Source: an uncultured delta proteobacterium
GTDB taxonomy: Bacteria > Myxococcota > Myxococcia > Myxococcales > Anaeromyxobacteraceae
Direction: 5' to 3'
Assembly (NCBI GenBank): GCA_963828255.1
Contig: CAWHDZ010000016.1
Span: forward strand, 64,001 to 128,000
DNA: 64,000 bases
Shown here: positions 37,788 to 48,005 of the stretch, piece after piece
Layout: every line of letters starts with the position of its first letter
How positions within the stretch are numbered: the stretch's first letter is position 1
Translations under genes and position numbers: made by a program
The notes under the pieces: generated by a model
What the model was told of the DNA's origin: nothing
The model's database searches: none
What the model saw: the letters and a program-made list of their open reading frames with translations, nothing else

Positions 37788-39977
37788 CTACGGCTTGACG
37801 CCCAGCTCCTCGACCACGCGAGTCGCCCCGGAGACCTGGCTCGCCACCCAGAGGACGTAGCGGATGTCCACCTGGATGGACCGGGTGTTGACCGGGTCGA
37901 AGAGCAGGTCGGAGGCGATGGTCTCGTAGGTTCCGTCGAAGAGGAGCCCGACCAGCTTCCCCTTGCCGTTCAGCACCGCCGAGCCGGAGTTGCCGCCGGT
38001 GGTGTCCACGTCGGAGAGGAAGTTCACCGGCACGTCGCCGAGCTTCGGGTCCACGAACGGTCCCTTGCGGGTGGCCAGGACCTTGGCGGCGGCTGCGAGG
38101 AGCTCCGGGGGCGCGTCGAACTCCGGATCGCCCTTCTTCGCCTTGGCCACCACGCCCTGGAGCGTGGTCTGGGGCAGGTAGAGGACGCCGTCCTGCGGGG
38201 AGACCCCCTTCACGGTGCCGAAGGTGACGCGGAGCGTGGAGTTGGCGTCGGGAGCCACGAGCCCCCCCGCCTTGTCGAGCATGGCCTGCATGTAGACCGG
38301 GCCGAGGCGCGAGACCGCCCCGTCGCGCGCCTTGTCGGCGTCGCGGATCTGCTTGTCGAGCGGGGAGAGCGCCGCGGCCAGGTCGAGGAACGGGTCCTTC
38401 TCGGCCAGCACCTCCTCGGGCTTCCCGTCGAAGAGGGCCAGCCGGGCCGTCTGGTCGGCGAGCTTCGAGGGCGTGCCGTAGAGGGTGGCGAGCCAGCGGT
38501 CCACCTTGGCGGTGGACTCGGCCTGGGTGAGACCCGCGGTGATGCCGACGAGCGCGTCGAGCGCCTCGATGCGCTGGGCCTGCGGGAGCGCCGCCGCCTC
38601 GAGGAGCGCGTAGCGGAGGAGCGCACGGTCGGACCCGAGGTCGATGGTGCGCTGGAGGCGCTGCTGCGACTCGCGCATCCGCTCCCAGTTGCGCTGCTGG
38701 TACTCGGCCTCCCGGTCGGCGTCGGGCTTCTGCCGCTCCTCGGCGAGCCTTCGGATGGAGCGCGCCGAGCCGAGCAGCGTGGAGTTGAAGTAGAGGGCCT
38801 GCAGGGTCGCGTCCCGCTCCCGCACCGACTCGCGCTTCGCCTGCAGATCGTCGAGGGCGGGGATGACGCTGCCGAACCTCTTCTTCCGGGAGGGGTCGGC
38901 GTCGATCCAGGCCTGGAGCTCGGCCTCGGCGGCGGCCTTCTTCTCGAGGAGCTTGCCCTTCCTGGCCCCCTCGAGCACGCCCTGCCGGTTCTTCATGGAG
39001 TTGGCCAGGCCGCGGACCCGGATGGCCACCTTGATCTCGGTCTCCTTCGACCCCTTCGACTGCTCGGCCAGGATGGCCAGCATGTCCCCGTAGCGCCGGA
39101 CCACGCGCGGGAAGCTCCAGTCGATGGTGTCCTTCATCTCGCGGGCGGTGACGTGGCGGGTGGTCCTGCCCGGGTAGCCGGCCACCACCACGACGTCGCC
39201 GGGGATCGCGCCGGCCGGGTCCACCGAGAGGAAGTGCCTTGGCTTGAAGGGGACGTTGGCCTTGTCGTGGGCGGCCGGCTTGCCGTCCTTGCCCACGTAG
39301 GCCCGGAAGAAGGCGAAGTCGCCGGTGTGGCGGGGCCAGCGCCAGTTGTCGGTCTCGGCGCCGAAGTTGCCGATCGACGAGGGGGGCGCGTAGACCAGCC
39401 GGACGTCCTTCAGCTCGACGGCGGCGATCTCGAACCACTGAAGCCCCTCGAAGAACGAGGCCACGCGACAGCGAAGCCCCTCCTTCTCGCAGGCCGCGGT
39501 GAGCTCCTTGCCGCGCTTCTCGATGGCGAGCTGCCGCTGCGTGTCGGTGAGGTCGGCGGCGAGCTTGCCCACCACGTCCTTCGTGACCTCGCGGACGGCG
39601 ACGGTGACGAGGACGCGCGAGCCCGGCCCGGCCCATGCCTCGTCGGCCAGCGTCGGCGCGAGGAAGCCCTCCTTCACGGCGTTCCGCTCCGGGGTGGCGT
39701 TGTACTGGAGGGCGCCGGTGGCGCAGTGGTGGTTCGTGATGATGAGGCCGTCCTTGGAGACGAAGGAGGCGCTGCACCCGCCCAGCGAGACGATGGCGCC
39801 CATGGGCATCCCGGTGAGGTCGGCGAAGGCCTTGGGGTTGCCCTGGAACCCCAGCTTCTTCAGCCGGGGGGCGAGATCGGTCATCTGCTGGGGCATCCAC
39901 ATGCCGCCGTCGGCGCGGGAGGCGGCGGGGGCGAGGCAGGCGGCGGCGAGCAGGAACGGCGCGGCGATTCTCTTCAA
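37788..39977 (-). CDS. S46 dipeptidyl peptidase (DPP7/DAP BII-like)
   Basis: DGGMW, GGCSASFVS, TNHHC, DNWRWPRHTGDF and TTGGNSGS motifs; start TTG 39977. Confidence 0.93.
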   Translation of the reverse strand: MKRIAAPFLLAAACLAPAASRADGGMWMPQQMTDLAPRLKKLGFQGNPKAFADLTGMPMGAIVSLGGCSASFVSKDGLIITNHHCATGALQYNATPERNAVKEGFLAPTLADEAWAGPGSRVLVTVAVREVTKDVVGKLAADLTDTQRQLAIEKRGKELTAACEKEGLRCRVASFFEGLQWFEIAAVELKDVRLVYAPPSSIGNFGAETDNWRWPRHTGDFAFFRAYVGKDGKPAAHDKANVPFKPRHFLSVDPAGAIPGDVVVVAGYPGRTTRHVTAREMKDTIDWSFPRVVRRYGDMLAILAEQSKGSKETEIKVAIRVRGLANSMKNRQGVLEGARKGKLLEKKAAAEAELQAWIDADPSRKKRFGSVIPALDDLQAKRESVRERDATLQALYFNSTLLGSARSIRRLAEERQKPDADREAEYQQRNWERMRESQQRLQRTIDLGSDRALLRYALLEAAALPQAQRIEALDALVGITAGLTQAESTAKVDRWLATLYGTPSKLADQTARLALFDGKPEEVLAEKDPFLDLAAALSPLDKQIRDADKARDGAVSRLGPVYMQAMLDKAGGLVAPDANSTLRVTFGTVKGVSPQDGVLYLPQTTLQGVVAKAKKGDPEFDAPPELLAAAAKVLATRKGPFVDPKLGDVPVNFLSDVDTTGGNSGSAVLNGKGKLVGLLFDGTYETIASDLLFDPVNTRSIQVDIRYVLWVASQVSGATRVVEELGVKP

Positions 39978-40052
39978 GGTGGCCTCCGGACGGCGAGCGA
40001 GGCCCGTACAAACCACGAATCCGGACGGTTGTGGAGCCCCCGGGGAGCGGGG

Positions 40053-40628
40053 TCAGCCGCCCGGCGGGCGGGCAGCCACCGCGAGGTCGGACGCCAGTGA
40101 CCGGAGCCCCCTCCCCAGCGCCGCCACGGAGCCCGGCACGTCGCCCGGGGCCCCCTTCTCCTGGTGCCGGGTCTCCCCCGTCACCGGGGCCCGGCCGTGC
40201 GCCGAGACGGTCCAGCGGGCCTGGAGCGTGCCCCCCCCGGCCGCGTCGGCCTCGAATCGGAGGAACACCACAGACACAGCCACCTCCGGGGGCGACCCGA
40301 GCGGCCAGGGCCAGCGCAGGATCTCCCGGGCCGGGAGACGTGCCCGGAGCTCCTCCGAGAGGGCCACGACGGCGAGCTCGTCGAGCGGGGCCGCCCAGCG
40401 GTCGCTGGCCGCGTAGGCGACCTCCTCCGGGCCGATGCGGGTGGCCACCTCTGGCCGGGAGAGGTACGGGGGGAGGGTGACCGGCCCGAGCCCCACCGAG
40501 GCGACCGGCGCCCCGGCGGAGGGCGCCCCCGCGGCGGGGAGGGTGAAGTAGCGGGAGCTGTCGGTCCGCGGGCCGAGGCAGGCGGGCAGGACCGAGAGCG
40601 CTGCGAGGACGGCGATGGCGGGTCTCAT
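40053..40628 (-). CDS. PqiC-family ABC auxiliary lipoprotein
   Basis: Lipobox LPAC; VTLPPYLSRPE and RWAAPL motifs. Confidence 0.85.
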   Translation of the reverse strand: MRPAIAVLAALSVLPACLGPRTDSSRYFTLPAAGAPSAGAPVASVGLGPVTLPPYLSRPEVATRIGPEEVAYAASDRWAAPLDELAVVALSEELRARLPAREILRWPWPLGSPPEVAVSVVFLRFEADAAGGGTLQARWTVSAHGRAPVTGETRHQEKGAPGDVPGSVAALGRGLRSLASDLAVAARPPGG

Positions 40629-41581
40629 GGCTTCACCTCCGGGCGGCCGCGGACGAGCTGGCTGGGGTCGCGCTCCAGGCTGTCGGCCAGCACGCGGAGC
40701 GAGCGGGCCGCCTGCCCCACCTCCCGGAGCGTCTGCTCGAGCTGCGCCGGCACCGGCGCCCCCGGCGCGAGCGAGAGCTTCACCTCGCGGAGCGTCCCGT
40801 CGAGCTGGTCGAGCGCCGCGGCGAGCCGTTTCATCGAGTCGCGCGCGTCCCCGGCCACGGCCGGGATCTCCTTCTCGAGGGATCGGGCCGCGTCGCGGAT
40901 CGCGGCGAGGGCGCGGTCCGTGCTCTCGAGCGTGCGCGGCAGCCCCCGCCCTGCCTCGTCGATGCGCCCCGATGCCCTGCTCACCCCCCTTGCCGCGTCG
41001 CGGAGGTCGTTGACGAGCCCCTCCAGGTCGAGCGCGTTGAGCTTCCCGAGCACCCTGGCTGCGTCGGCCTGGAGCGCCTGGAATCCCGGCTGGACGTAGA
41101 CCGGGATCGACGGGTAAGGGAGCGGGAACGGCAGCGGCAGCGGCAGCGGCGCGTCGGCCACGATGTCCAGGTCCACGTAGCGGCGCCCCGAGAGGAAGCT
41201 CTCCAGCTGGAGCCGCGCCCGAAGCCCGTGCTTCACGAGGGTCTTCACCACCTCCGGGTCGCCCAGGTCGGTGGTCTCCCCCATCTCCTGGATGCGCGAC
41301 TGGTTGAGCTCGATGACCACCGGCATGTAGAGCTCCTGGAGCGGGGCCTCGGGAGACCCGATGGAGAGGTGGATGCTCGCCACCCGCCCCACCGGCACGC
41401 CGCGGAACTTCACCGGCGAGTCCACCTCCAGCATGGCGATCTCCTGCGAGAAGACCACGACGAAGCGCACCTTGCGCTGGAAGACCCGGCTGGACCCGAG
41501 GTAGATGGCCCCCGCCACGCCGAGCGCGGTGGCCGCCAGGACGAAGGCGCCGACCAGCCGTGGATTGAACCTGCGCGCCAT
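40625..41581 (-). CDS. MCE/MlaD-family protein
   Basis: VGAFVL TM; SPVKFRGVPVGRV motif; helical tail ending LERDPSQLVRG. Confidence 0.9.
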   Translation of the reverse strand: MARRFNPRLVGAFVLAATALGVAGAIYLGSSRVFQRKVRFVVVFSQEIAMLEVDSPVKFRGVPVGRVASIHLSIGSPEAPLQELYMPVVIELNQSRIQEMGETTDLGDPEVVKTLVKHGLRARLQLESFLSGRRYVDLDIVADAPLPLPLPFPLPYPSIPVYVQPGFQALQADAARVLGKLNALDLEGLVNDLRDAARGVSRASGRIDEAGRGLPRTLESTDRALAAIRDAARSLEKEIPAVAGDARDSMKRLAAALDQLDGTLREVKLSLAPGAPVPAQLEQTLREVGQAARSLRVLADSLERDPSQLVRGRPEVKP

Positions 41582-41590
41582 GGCAGCTCC

Positions 41591-42346
41591 CTAGGGGCCC
41601 TTGCCCCCTGCGAAGAAGGCACGGACCAGTTCCGGCCCGTGGTCGCGAAGCTCGGCGGGCGGCCCCTCGGCGATGGCCCGCCGGGCGTCGCCGTCGAGGA
41701 AGAGGGCCCGGGTTCCGATCCCGAGGATGCTCGCCACGTCGTGGGTGACCACCACCACCGTGGTGCCGAGCGCGTCGCGGAGCTCCCGGATCAGCCGGTC
41801 GAGCCGCCGTCCGGTGGGCGGGTCGAGGCTGGCCGACGGCTCGTCGATGAAGAGGATCTCGGGGTCGAGCGCGATGGCGCGGGCCAGCCCGGCCCGCTTC
41901 TGCATGCCGCCGGAGAGTTCCCAGGGGAGGAAGGCCTCGAAGCCGTGGAGCCCCACCAGCGCCAGCTTGAACTCCACCACCTCCTGGATGCGGGAGGCGG
42001 AGAGCTTCGTGAACTGCTGGAGGGGGAGCGCCACGTTCTCGGCCAGCGTCATCGAGGTCCAGAGCGCGCTCCCCTGGTAGAGCACCCCCACCCGGCGCAG
42101 CATGCGCTCCCGGTCGGCCGGGCCGGCTCGCGTGAAGCTCTCGGCGCCGTAGAGCACCTCGCCCGAGGCGGGCTCCTGCAGGCCGAGCATGTGGCGGAGC
42201 AGCGTGCTCTTGCCACAGCCGCTGCCGCCCATCACCACGTAGATCTCGCCGGGCCGGATCTCGAAGTCGAGCCCCTCCACCACCACACGGTCCCCGAAGG
42301 CCATGGTCAGGTCACGCACGGTGAGGATCGCGTCGGCCACGTTCAC
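41591..42346 (-). CDS. MlaF-like ABC ATPase
   Basis: GGSGCGKS, LSGGMQKR, DEP and VTHD motifs; start GTG 42346. Confidence 0.92.
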   Translation of the reverse strand: MNVADAILTVRDLTMAFGDRVVVEGLDFEIRPGEIYVVMGGSGCGKSTLLRHMLGLQEPASGEVLYGAESFTRAGPADRERMLRRVGVLYQGSALWTSMTLAENVALPLQQFTKLSASRIQEVVEFKLALVGLHGFEAFLPWELSGGMQKRAGLARAIALDPEILFIDEPSASLDPPTGRRLDRLIRELRDALGTTVVVVTHDVASILGIGTRALFLDGDARRAIAEGPPAELRDHGPELVRAFFAGGKGP

Positions 42347-43488
42347 CACCCGAACAGGAAGAAGACGTACTGGAATATGCCGCAGGCGGCGATGATGGCC
42401 ACCACCCCCGAGACCACCGCCTTGGTGGCCGCCTCGCCGACCCGCTCCGAGCTCCGCTCCGCCTCGAGGCCGCGCGCGGTGCCGGTGAGCGCGATGAGCG
42501 CACCGTAGACCGCCGATTTCGCGAGCCCGCCGACGACGTCGCCGGTGGTGACGGACTGCGAGGTCTGGCGCAGGTAGGCCGCCAGCGGCGAGTTCATCAT
42601 GGTGGTGCCCACCATGGCGCCCCCCAGGATTCCCATGAGGTCGGCGAAGAGGGTCAGGAACGGCATCATCAGGGTGAGCGCGACGAGCCGGGGCACCACC
42701 AGGAATTCCACGGGCGAGATGCCCAGGGTGCGCAGCGCGTCCACCTCCTGGGTCACCTTCATGGTGGCGATCTGGGCGGCGTAGGCGGCGCCGCTGCGCC
42801 CTGCCAGCACGATCGCGGTGATGAGCGCGGCCATGTCCCGGGCCACGGCGATGCCGACGATGTCGGCCACGTAGTACTCGGCCCCGAACCGGCGCAGCTG
42901 GGTGATGCCCACGAAGGCCAGGATGATCCCGACCAGGAAGTTCACCAGCGCGACGATGGGGAGCGCACCCGGCCCCGCTCCCTCGAAGAGGAGCCCGAGG
43001 TCCTGCCCGCGGAAGCGGGCCCTGCCGGTGACGAAGCGCCAGAGGGCCCGCGTGGTCTCCCCGACGAATCCCGCCACGGCCCTTCCCCGCTCCCGCCCCC
43101 GCAGCGCGGCGCGCCCGACCCGGTCGAGCAGGCTCCCGGGCGGGGTGGACGTGCGGGGCGGGAGCGCCGCATCCTGCACCAGCGCCAGCATGCGCTCCAG
43201 CGTGCCCGGCAACCCCGCGTGCTCCACCCGGACGCCGCGTGCCCGGCAACCCTCCAGCACCTTGAAGAGGAAGACCACGAGCCCGCTGTCCCACGCGGTG
43301 ACGCCGGCTGCCTCGAGCCGGAGCTCGGCCACGGGGGCGACGGCGATCTCCCGGTCCAGGTCGGAGGCGGCGGGCAGGACGTCGGCGAGGCGCCAGGCGC
43401 CTCGCAGCCGGACGACGAGCGTGGAATCACCTTCCCGCGACGTCTCCATCGCGGCCGTCGCCCTGGAAAAGTCGACTCCGGAACCCAC
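42343..43488 (-). CDS. MlaE-family permease with N-terminal STAS domain
   Basis: WDSG STAS segment; GRSGAAYAAQIATMKV motif. Start is GTG 43488 (TAGGCT 7 nt upstream) or ATG 43449. Confidence 0.9.
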   Translation of the reverse strand: MGSGVDFSRATAAMETSREGDSTLVVRLRGAWRLADVLPAASDLDREIAVAPVAELRLEAAGVTAWDSGLVVFLFKVLEGCRARGVRVEHAGLPGTLERMLALVQDAALPPRTSTPPGSLLDRVGRAALRGRERGRAVAGFVGETTRALWRFVTGRARFRGQDLGLLFEGAGPGALPIVALVNFLVGIILAFVGITQLRRFGAEYYVADIVGIAVARDMAALITAIVLAGRSGAAYAAQIATMKVTQEVDALRTLGISPVEFLVVPRLVALTLMMPFLTLFADLMGILGGAMVGTTMMNSPLAAYLRQTSQSVTTGDVVGGLAKSAVYGALIALTGTARGLEAERSSERVGEAATKAVVSGVVAIIAACGIFQYVFFLFGW

Positions 43489-43521
43489 GATCCGAAGCCT
43501 AGCACCGGTGACCGGACGCAA

Positions 43522-43557
43522 TGCGGCCCCACCAGGGACAGACCCGGCGGGGCCGCA
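43522..43557 (-). terminator. Hairpin downstream of small secreted-protein gene
   Basis: TGCGGCCCC...GGGGCCGCA 9-bp stem. Confidence 0.45.
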
Positions 43558-43575
43558 CCTGCCGCGGGGAATCGC

Positions 43576-43941
43576 CTACTTGATGCCGGCCTTCTCGGCG
43601 GCCTTGTCCACGCCCTTGTCGACGCCCGTGTTGGCGGCGCCGGTGGCGTGAGGGGCGACGGTGGCGCCCACGGTTCCGGTCTTGGCGGCGCCGGCGTCCA
43701 CGCCCTTCTTGGCGCCCTTCTTGCCCTCGGTCTTGGCGGTGTTCTTGACCTGGGTGCCGGTCGAGTCGGCCTGCGTCTTTGCCGAGGTGGCGGCGGCGGC
43801 GCCGGTGGCCTTGGCGGAGTCGGTGGCCTGGTTTCCGGCCGCCTTGAGGTCTGGAGCGGCTGGAGCGGCCGGGACCTGGGCGAGGGCCATGGCGGGAACG
43901 GCGAGAGCAGCGACGAGCAGGGCACGAACGGCGTTGTTCAT
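43576..43941 (-). CDS. Small secreted Ala/Lys/Thr-rich low-complexity protein
   Basis: Signal peptide ending AMALA; strong GC3 bias. ATG 43941 chosen; track start is 43950. Confidence 0.7.
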   Translation of the reverse strand: MNNAVRALLVAALAVPAMALAQVPAAPAAPDLKAAGNQATDSAKATGAAAATSAKTQADSTGTQVKNTAKTEGKKGAKKGVDAGAAKTGTVGATVAPHATGAANTGVDKGVDKAAEKAGIK

Positions 43942-44066
43942 CTCTTTCACTCCTGAGGACTGGGGTGGACGACAGGCGCCCCATCTAATCGGGGAGAGGC
44001 CAGCGCACCACCCGGCACCCCTTCGGGGTTGACCTCGTGGCTCGCCGACGGTTGGATGGGGAACCC

Positions 44067-45386
44067 ATGCCGAGCACCCAGCTGGTTTTTGGAAGCCGCG
44101 CCGCCCACCGCGACTGGTTGGAGACCCAGTGCCGCCTCCCCCTCGGCTTTCGCGTGGGCACGGCGCGCCTGGAATTCACGCCGGTGGAGGCGCCCAGGCC
44201 AGCGAGGATGGCGCTGACGCTCATCGCCGTGGACGCCCCCACGCCCTCGTTCGCCGCCAAGTTCACCCGCAACGCCTTCCCGGGAGCGCCGGTGATCGTG
44301 GGGCGGGATCGCCTCTCCGGCCCGCGGCTCGCCGCCTGGGTGGTGAACAACAAGGTCTCGAACGTCTGCGCCCCGGGGGGCGTGGAGGCCGCGGAGGAGG
44401 TGGCCGCGGCCGCGGCGCGCCTGCTCGGCGTGGCGGAACGCGAGGTCTTTCCCAGCTCCACCGGCGTCATCGGCTGGAGACTCCCGGTGATACCCATGAT
44501 CGAGGCCCTGCCCGGCGCGGTGGCCGCCCTCCAGGCGGAGAGCGTGATGCCGGCCGCCGAGGCCATCCTCACCACCGACCTCTACCCCAAGGTGCGCCGG
44601 GCCGCGGTGGGGGAGGGGAGCATCGTGGGCATCGCCAAGGGGGCCGGCATGATCGAGCCCGACCTGGCCACCATGCTGGTCTACCTCCTCACCGACCTCT
44701 CGGTCCCGCGCGAGGAGCTGCGCGCCGCCCTCGACGAGGCGGTGGAGGGGAGCTTCCAGGGCATCACCGTGGACTCGGACACGAGCACCTCCGACACCGT
44801 GGCGCTGGTCTCCTCGATGCGCCGCCCCCGCCCCGACCCGCAAGCCTTCCGCGAGGCGCTCCGCCGGGTGGCCCGCGACCTCGCCGAGGACGTGGTCCGA
44901 AACGGCGAGGGTGTGCACCACGTCCTGCACGTGGTGGTCCGCGGCGCCCCGGACGGGCGGGTGGCCCGCGCGATCGGCAAGTCGGTGGTGAACTCGCCGC
45001 TGGTGCAGTGCGCGGTGAACGGCAACGACCCCAACGTGGGACGGTTGCTGGCCGCCATCGGCAAGCAGGCGGGGCGCTCCGGGCTGGCGCTCGACCCCGC
45101 CGCCGTGGTGCTGCGGCTGGGCGGCGAGACCATCTTCGAGAGGGGAGCCATGCGGCTCGACCCGGAGACGGAGCGGCGGCTGCACCTCCACATGAAGGAG
45201 GCCGAGCTCTACGCCTCGGTCCCGCCCCCCGACGGCCTCAGCTTCCGTCCGCCCGTGGACTACCCGCCCCACGAGCGCTCGGTGGAGATCGAGATCGACC
45301 TGGGGCTGGGGGGCGCGTCGGCCGAGGTGCTCGGCGCCGACCGGAGCCACGAGTACGTGACCGAGAACGCCGACTACCGGAGCTGA
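44067..45386 (+). CDS. argJ: Ornithine acetyltransferase / N-acetylglutamate synthase
   Basis: SSTGVIG, KGAGMIEPDLATML (autocleavage site), DSDTSTSD and C-terminal NADYRS. Confidence 0.92.
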   Translation: MPSTQLVFGSRAAHRDWLETQCRLPLGFRVGTARLEFTPVEAPRPARMALTLIAVDAPTPSFAAKFTRNAFPGAPVIVGRDRLSGPRLAAWVVNNKVSNVCAPGGVEAAEEVAAAAARLLGVAEREVFPSSTGVIGWRLPVIPMIEALPGAVAALQAESVMPAAEAILTTDLYPKVRRAAVGEGSIVGIAKGAGMIEPDLATMLVYLLTDLSVPREELRAALDEAVEGSFQGITVDSDTSTSDTVALVSSMRRPRPDPQAFREALRRVARDLAEDVVRNGEGVHHVLHVVVRGAPDGRVARAIGKSVVNSPLVQCAVNGNDPNVGRLLAAIGKQAGRSGLALDPAAVVLRLGGETIFERGAMRLDPETERRLHLHMKEAELYASVPPPDGLSFRPPVDYPPHERSVEIEIDLGLGGASAEVLGADRSHEYVTENADYRS

Positions 45387-46554
45387 TCGCCCGGCGGCTT
45401 CCCCGCAGGCACGCAGGATCTCCCGTCGAAGCACTGCCCGGACGGGCAATTGCAGACCTGGACCGGGTGGCTGCTCTCGGGGGCGCAGCCGCAGGCGCCG
45501 AGCAGGCAGCTGCTGGGGAAGTCGCCCACCAGGCCGCAGCAGCTGGCCGTGCCCACCGTCCCGCCGCTCCGCGTGCAGCGCTCGGCGGGGCTCATGAGGC
45601 CGTCCTGGCCGGGCGCGGGCTGGAACTCCAGGATGGCGCCGTCGGCCTGGGTGGCCAGGTTGAGCCTGCCGTTGCGCTCGAGCCAGGAGACGACGTGGGC
45701 GAGCTGCGAGAGGTAGCGGTCGGAGAGGGAGCCGGCCGGGCACATGGCGCGGGTCGTCGCCATCGGGCCGAAGGAGAGGGACCGGCCCTCGAGCTTGTAG
45801 GAGCCGCTGCTCCGGTTGCAGTCGGCCCTGACCGAGGCGCGTCCGTCGCTGCCCAGCTCCAGCGTGTACTTGGAGGGGTGATCGGGGACGAGGACGGCGT
45901 CGTCCATCATCTGGATCTTCACGAGGTGCCAGGTCCGGAGCGCGATGCTCGACGGCGTGGGGGGGAGGCGGGGTCACCGGTGGCGATCGTGGTGACCCCC
46001 GTCGCCGAGACGAGCGGCCCCTCCGGTCCGGAGGCGATCCGGTACTGGACGGTGCTCACCCGCGACGGGCAGCAGAGCGGGTCGCCCTTGGCGTAGCGGG
46101 AGAATGCGACCGAGAGCGCCCCGGCGGTCCAGAGCTGGGGCACCTGGGCCGCACCGTCGGTGCGTGAGTCCATGGGGCGCGGCGCCGCCGTCCCGGCGAA
46201 GCGTCCGCCCACGAAGACGAAGGCCTGGTAGCCGAGCGGCCGGCACATGCCGTCCAGGCCCGACCGGCCCAGCACCACCTCGGTCTCCCCGAAGCGTTGC
46301 GAGGCGCCGAGGAGCTTCCACCCGGCGGCGGCCACGGCCCGGTCGACGCTCGACACCGGGGCGCGCACCTCCCCGGCGCACTGCTTCTCCAGGAAGGGGT
46401 CGGGGTCGAAGCGGGGCGCCTTGGGGATCTTCGCTCCTGGCTTGTTCCACACCGGGGGCGTGGGCATGTCGAGCCAGGTGGCGCTGGCCGCGGCGCCGCC
46501 CGCCCAAGTCACCATGAGTGAAACCGCCGCGGCGACCGCGGCTCTTCCTGGCAT
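45374..46554 (-). CDS. Secreted LppP/LprE-like + META + Cys-rich fusion (apparent frameshift at 45959-45965)
   Basis: ATG 46554 signal; DPLCCPS motif. Adding one C joins ...PPTPSSIALRTWHLVKIQ to the META domain (ADCN, TRAMC) and a 10-Cys tail. Confidence 0.7.
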
Positions 46555-46665
46555 CGACTTCCTCCCCCGGGTTGCCCCGGCCCGAGGACGACTGTAGCCC
46601 CAGGCGGGCGCGCCGCGTGGGCCCTCTGGGGGCGGTCCTGGAGTATCCTGGGATTCCACCCGTCC

Positions 46666-47238
46666 GTGACCCCCGCCGACCTCCATCTCCCCGTCGAGGA
46701 GCGCATCTTCCGCGCCGTGAACGTGGACGCCGGCCCGTGGGTCGATGCGATCGCGCGGGCGCTCTCCAGTCCCGCCTTCGGGGCATCGGTGGCCGTCCTG
46801 CTCGCCGCCGGGTTGCTCCTCCGGCGGAAGGGGGAGCGGCTCGCCTGGGTGCTGGCCCTCGCCGCCGCGCTGGCCCTGACGGACGGGCTCGGGTCCCAGG
46901 TGGTCCGCCCACTCTTCCCCCGGGCCAGGCCGGCCTACGCGCTTCCGGAGGGGACGGTCCGGTTCATCGCGCCGGCGGCCAACGTGGGATCGATCCCCAG
47001 CCTGCACACGGCCAACTTCTTCGCCATGGCGGCGGTGGGGTCGGCCGGCCTCCCGGCCATCGGGCCGGCCCTCTACCTGGTCGCCGTCGCGGTGGCCTGG
47101 AGCCGGCTCTACGTCGGCGTCCACTGGCCCGGCGACGTCCTGCTCGGGGCGGCCTGGGGCACCCTGTGGGCCGCGGCGTGCGTCGCCGTGCTGCGGCGCG
47201 TGGTGGCGGCGCGCCTGCGCGCGCGCGCCGGTCAGTGA
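46666..47238 (+). CDS. PAP2-family phosphatase
   Basis: RARP, PSLH and SRLYVGVHWPGD motifs. Confidence 0.9.
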   Translation: MTPADLHLPVEERIFRAVNVDAGPWVDAIARALSSPAFGASVAVLLAAGLLLRRKGERLAWVLALAAALALTDGLGSQVVRPLFPRARPAYALPEGTVRFIAPAANVGSIPSLHTANFFAMAAVGSAGLPAIGPALYLVAVAVAWSRLYVGVHWPGDVLLGAAWGTLWAAACVAVLRRVVAARLRARAGQ

Positions 47239-47935
47239 AGGCGCCGCTCGACGGTCCCGTTGGCGCGCACCGCCACGGCCAGCGGCACCACGGCCACCCC
47301 GTACTTCCGGGCAAGGTCGGGGCGCTTCGACACGTCCACCAGGACGGGACGGTGGCCGGCGTCGGCGAGGCGGGACGACAGGTCCTGGCAGTCGGAGCAG
47401 AGCGGGTGGGTGAACTGGACGACCGCTTCCCGGCCCGGGGCGCAGCCCAGCTCGGCGAGGTCCACGTGGCCCGGCGTGGACCCCCGGACGCCCCGCAGGA
47501 AGGCCCATCCCCGGTAGAGGAGGCAGCCCGCGCAGAAGCCCGTTGCGGCCGCGAAGAGCGCCAGGGCAGCCACCAGCCCGGCCAGCGCGTTTCCCGCGGC
47601 CTGGAGCCCGACGGCATGCGCCAGGGTGGCCGCCCAGAGCACGGTGGCCCCCACCTGGTTGGCGAACTTCACCGGGCGGGCGTCCTCGACCGGTCCCTCG
47701 CCCAGCAGGGGCTGGAGGAGACCGAAGTAGAGGCGGCAGGCCAGGCAGGCCCGCCGGCCGAACCGGAGCGCCAGCGAGAGCTGCAGCGCGCCCAGGGCCG
47801 CGAGCGGCCATGCCCCCGGGGCGAGCGAGGCCAGCGCCAGGATCCCGATGAAGAGCTGGTTCAGGCGAGGTGCGCGGGAGTCGATGACGGCGAGGTCGTC
47901 CAGGGGTGGGCGGTCGGTGTGGTCGGGCCGGGCAT
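47232..47935 (-). CDS. DUF4395 membrane protein fused to thioredoxin-like domain (apparent frameshift near 47900)
   Basis: Open frame DLAVIDSRAPRLNQ...EDARPVKFANQVG...FCAGC followed by HPLCSDC; the ATG at 47935 is one base out of frame. Confidence 0.7.
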
Positions 47936-48005
47936 GTCGTCCGCTATAACGGACAAATGGCCCCGCCGCAACCCGGACGGTCCGCGGCTCGCCGGTGGCG
48001 CGAGG

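Noticed and set aside
35089..40011. 1640-aa minus-strand ORF
   Set aside because: Arg/Pro/Gly-rich off-frame shadow of four real same-strand genes; stop codons are scarce at this GC content.
41129..41150. (CGGCAG)n microsatellite in mlaD
   Set aside because: A short in-frame hexamer repeat encoding a Pro-Leu linker.
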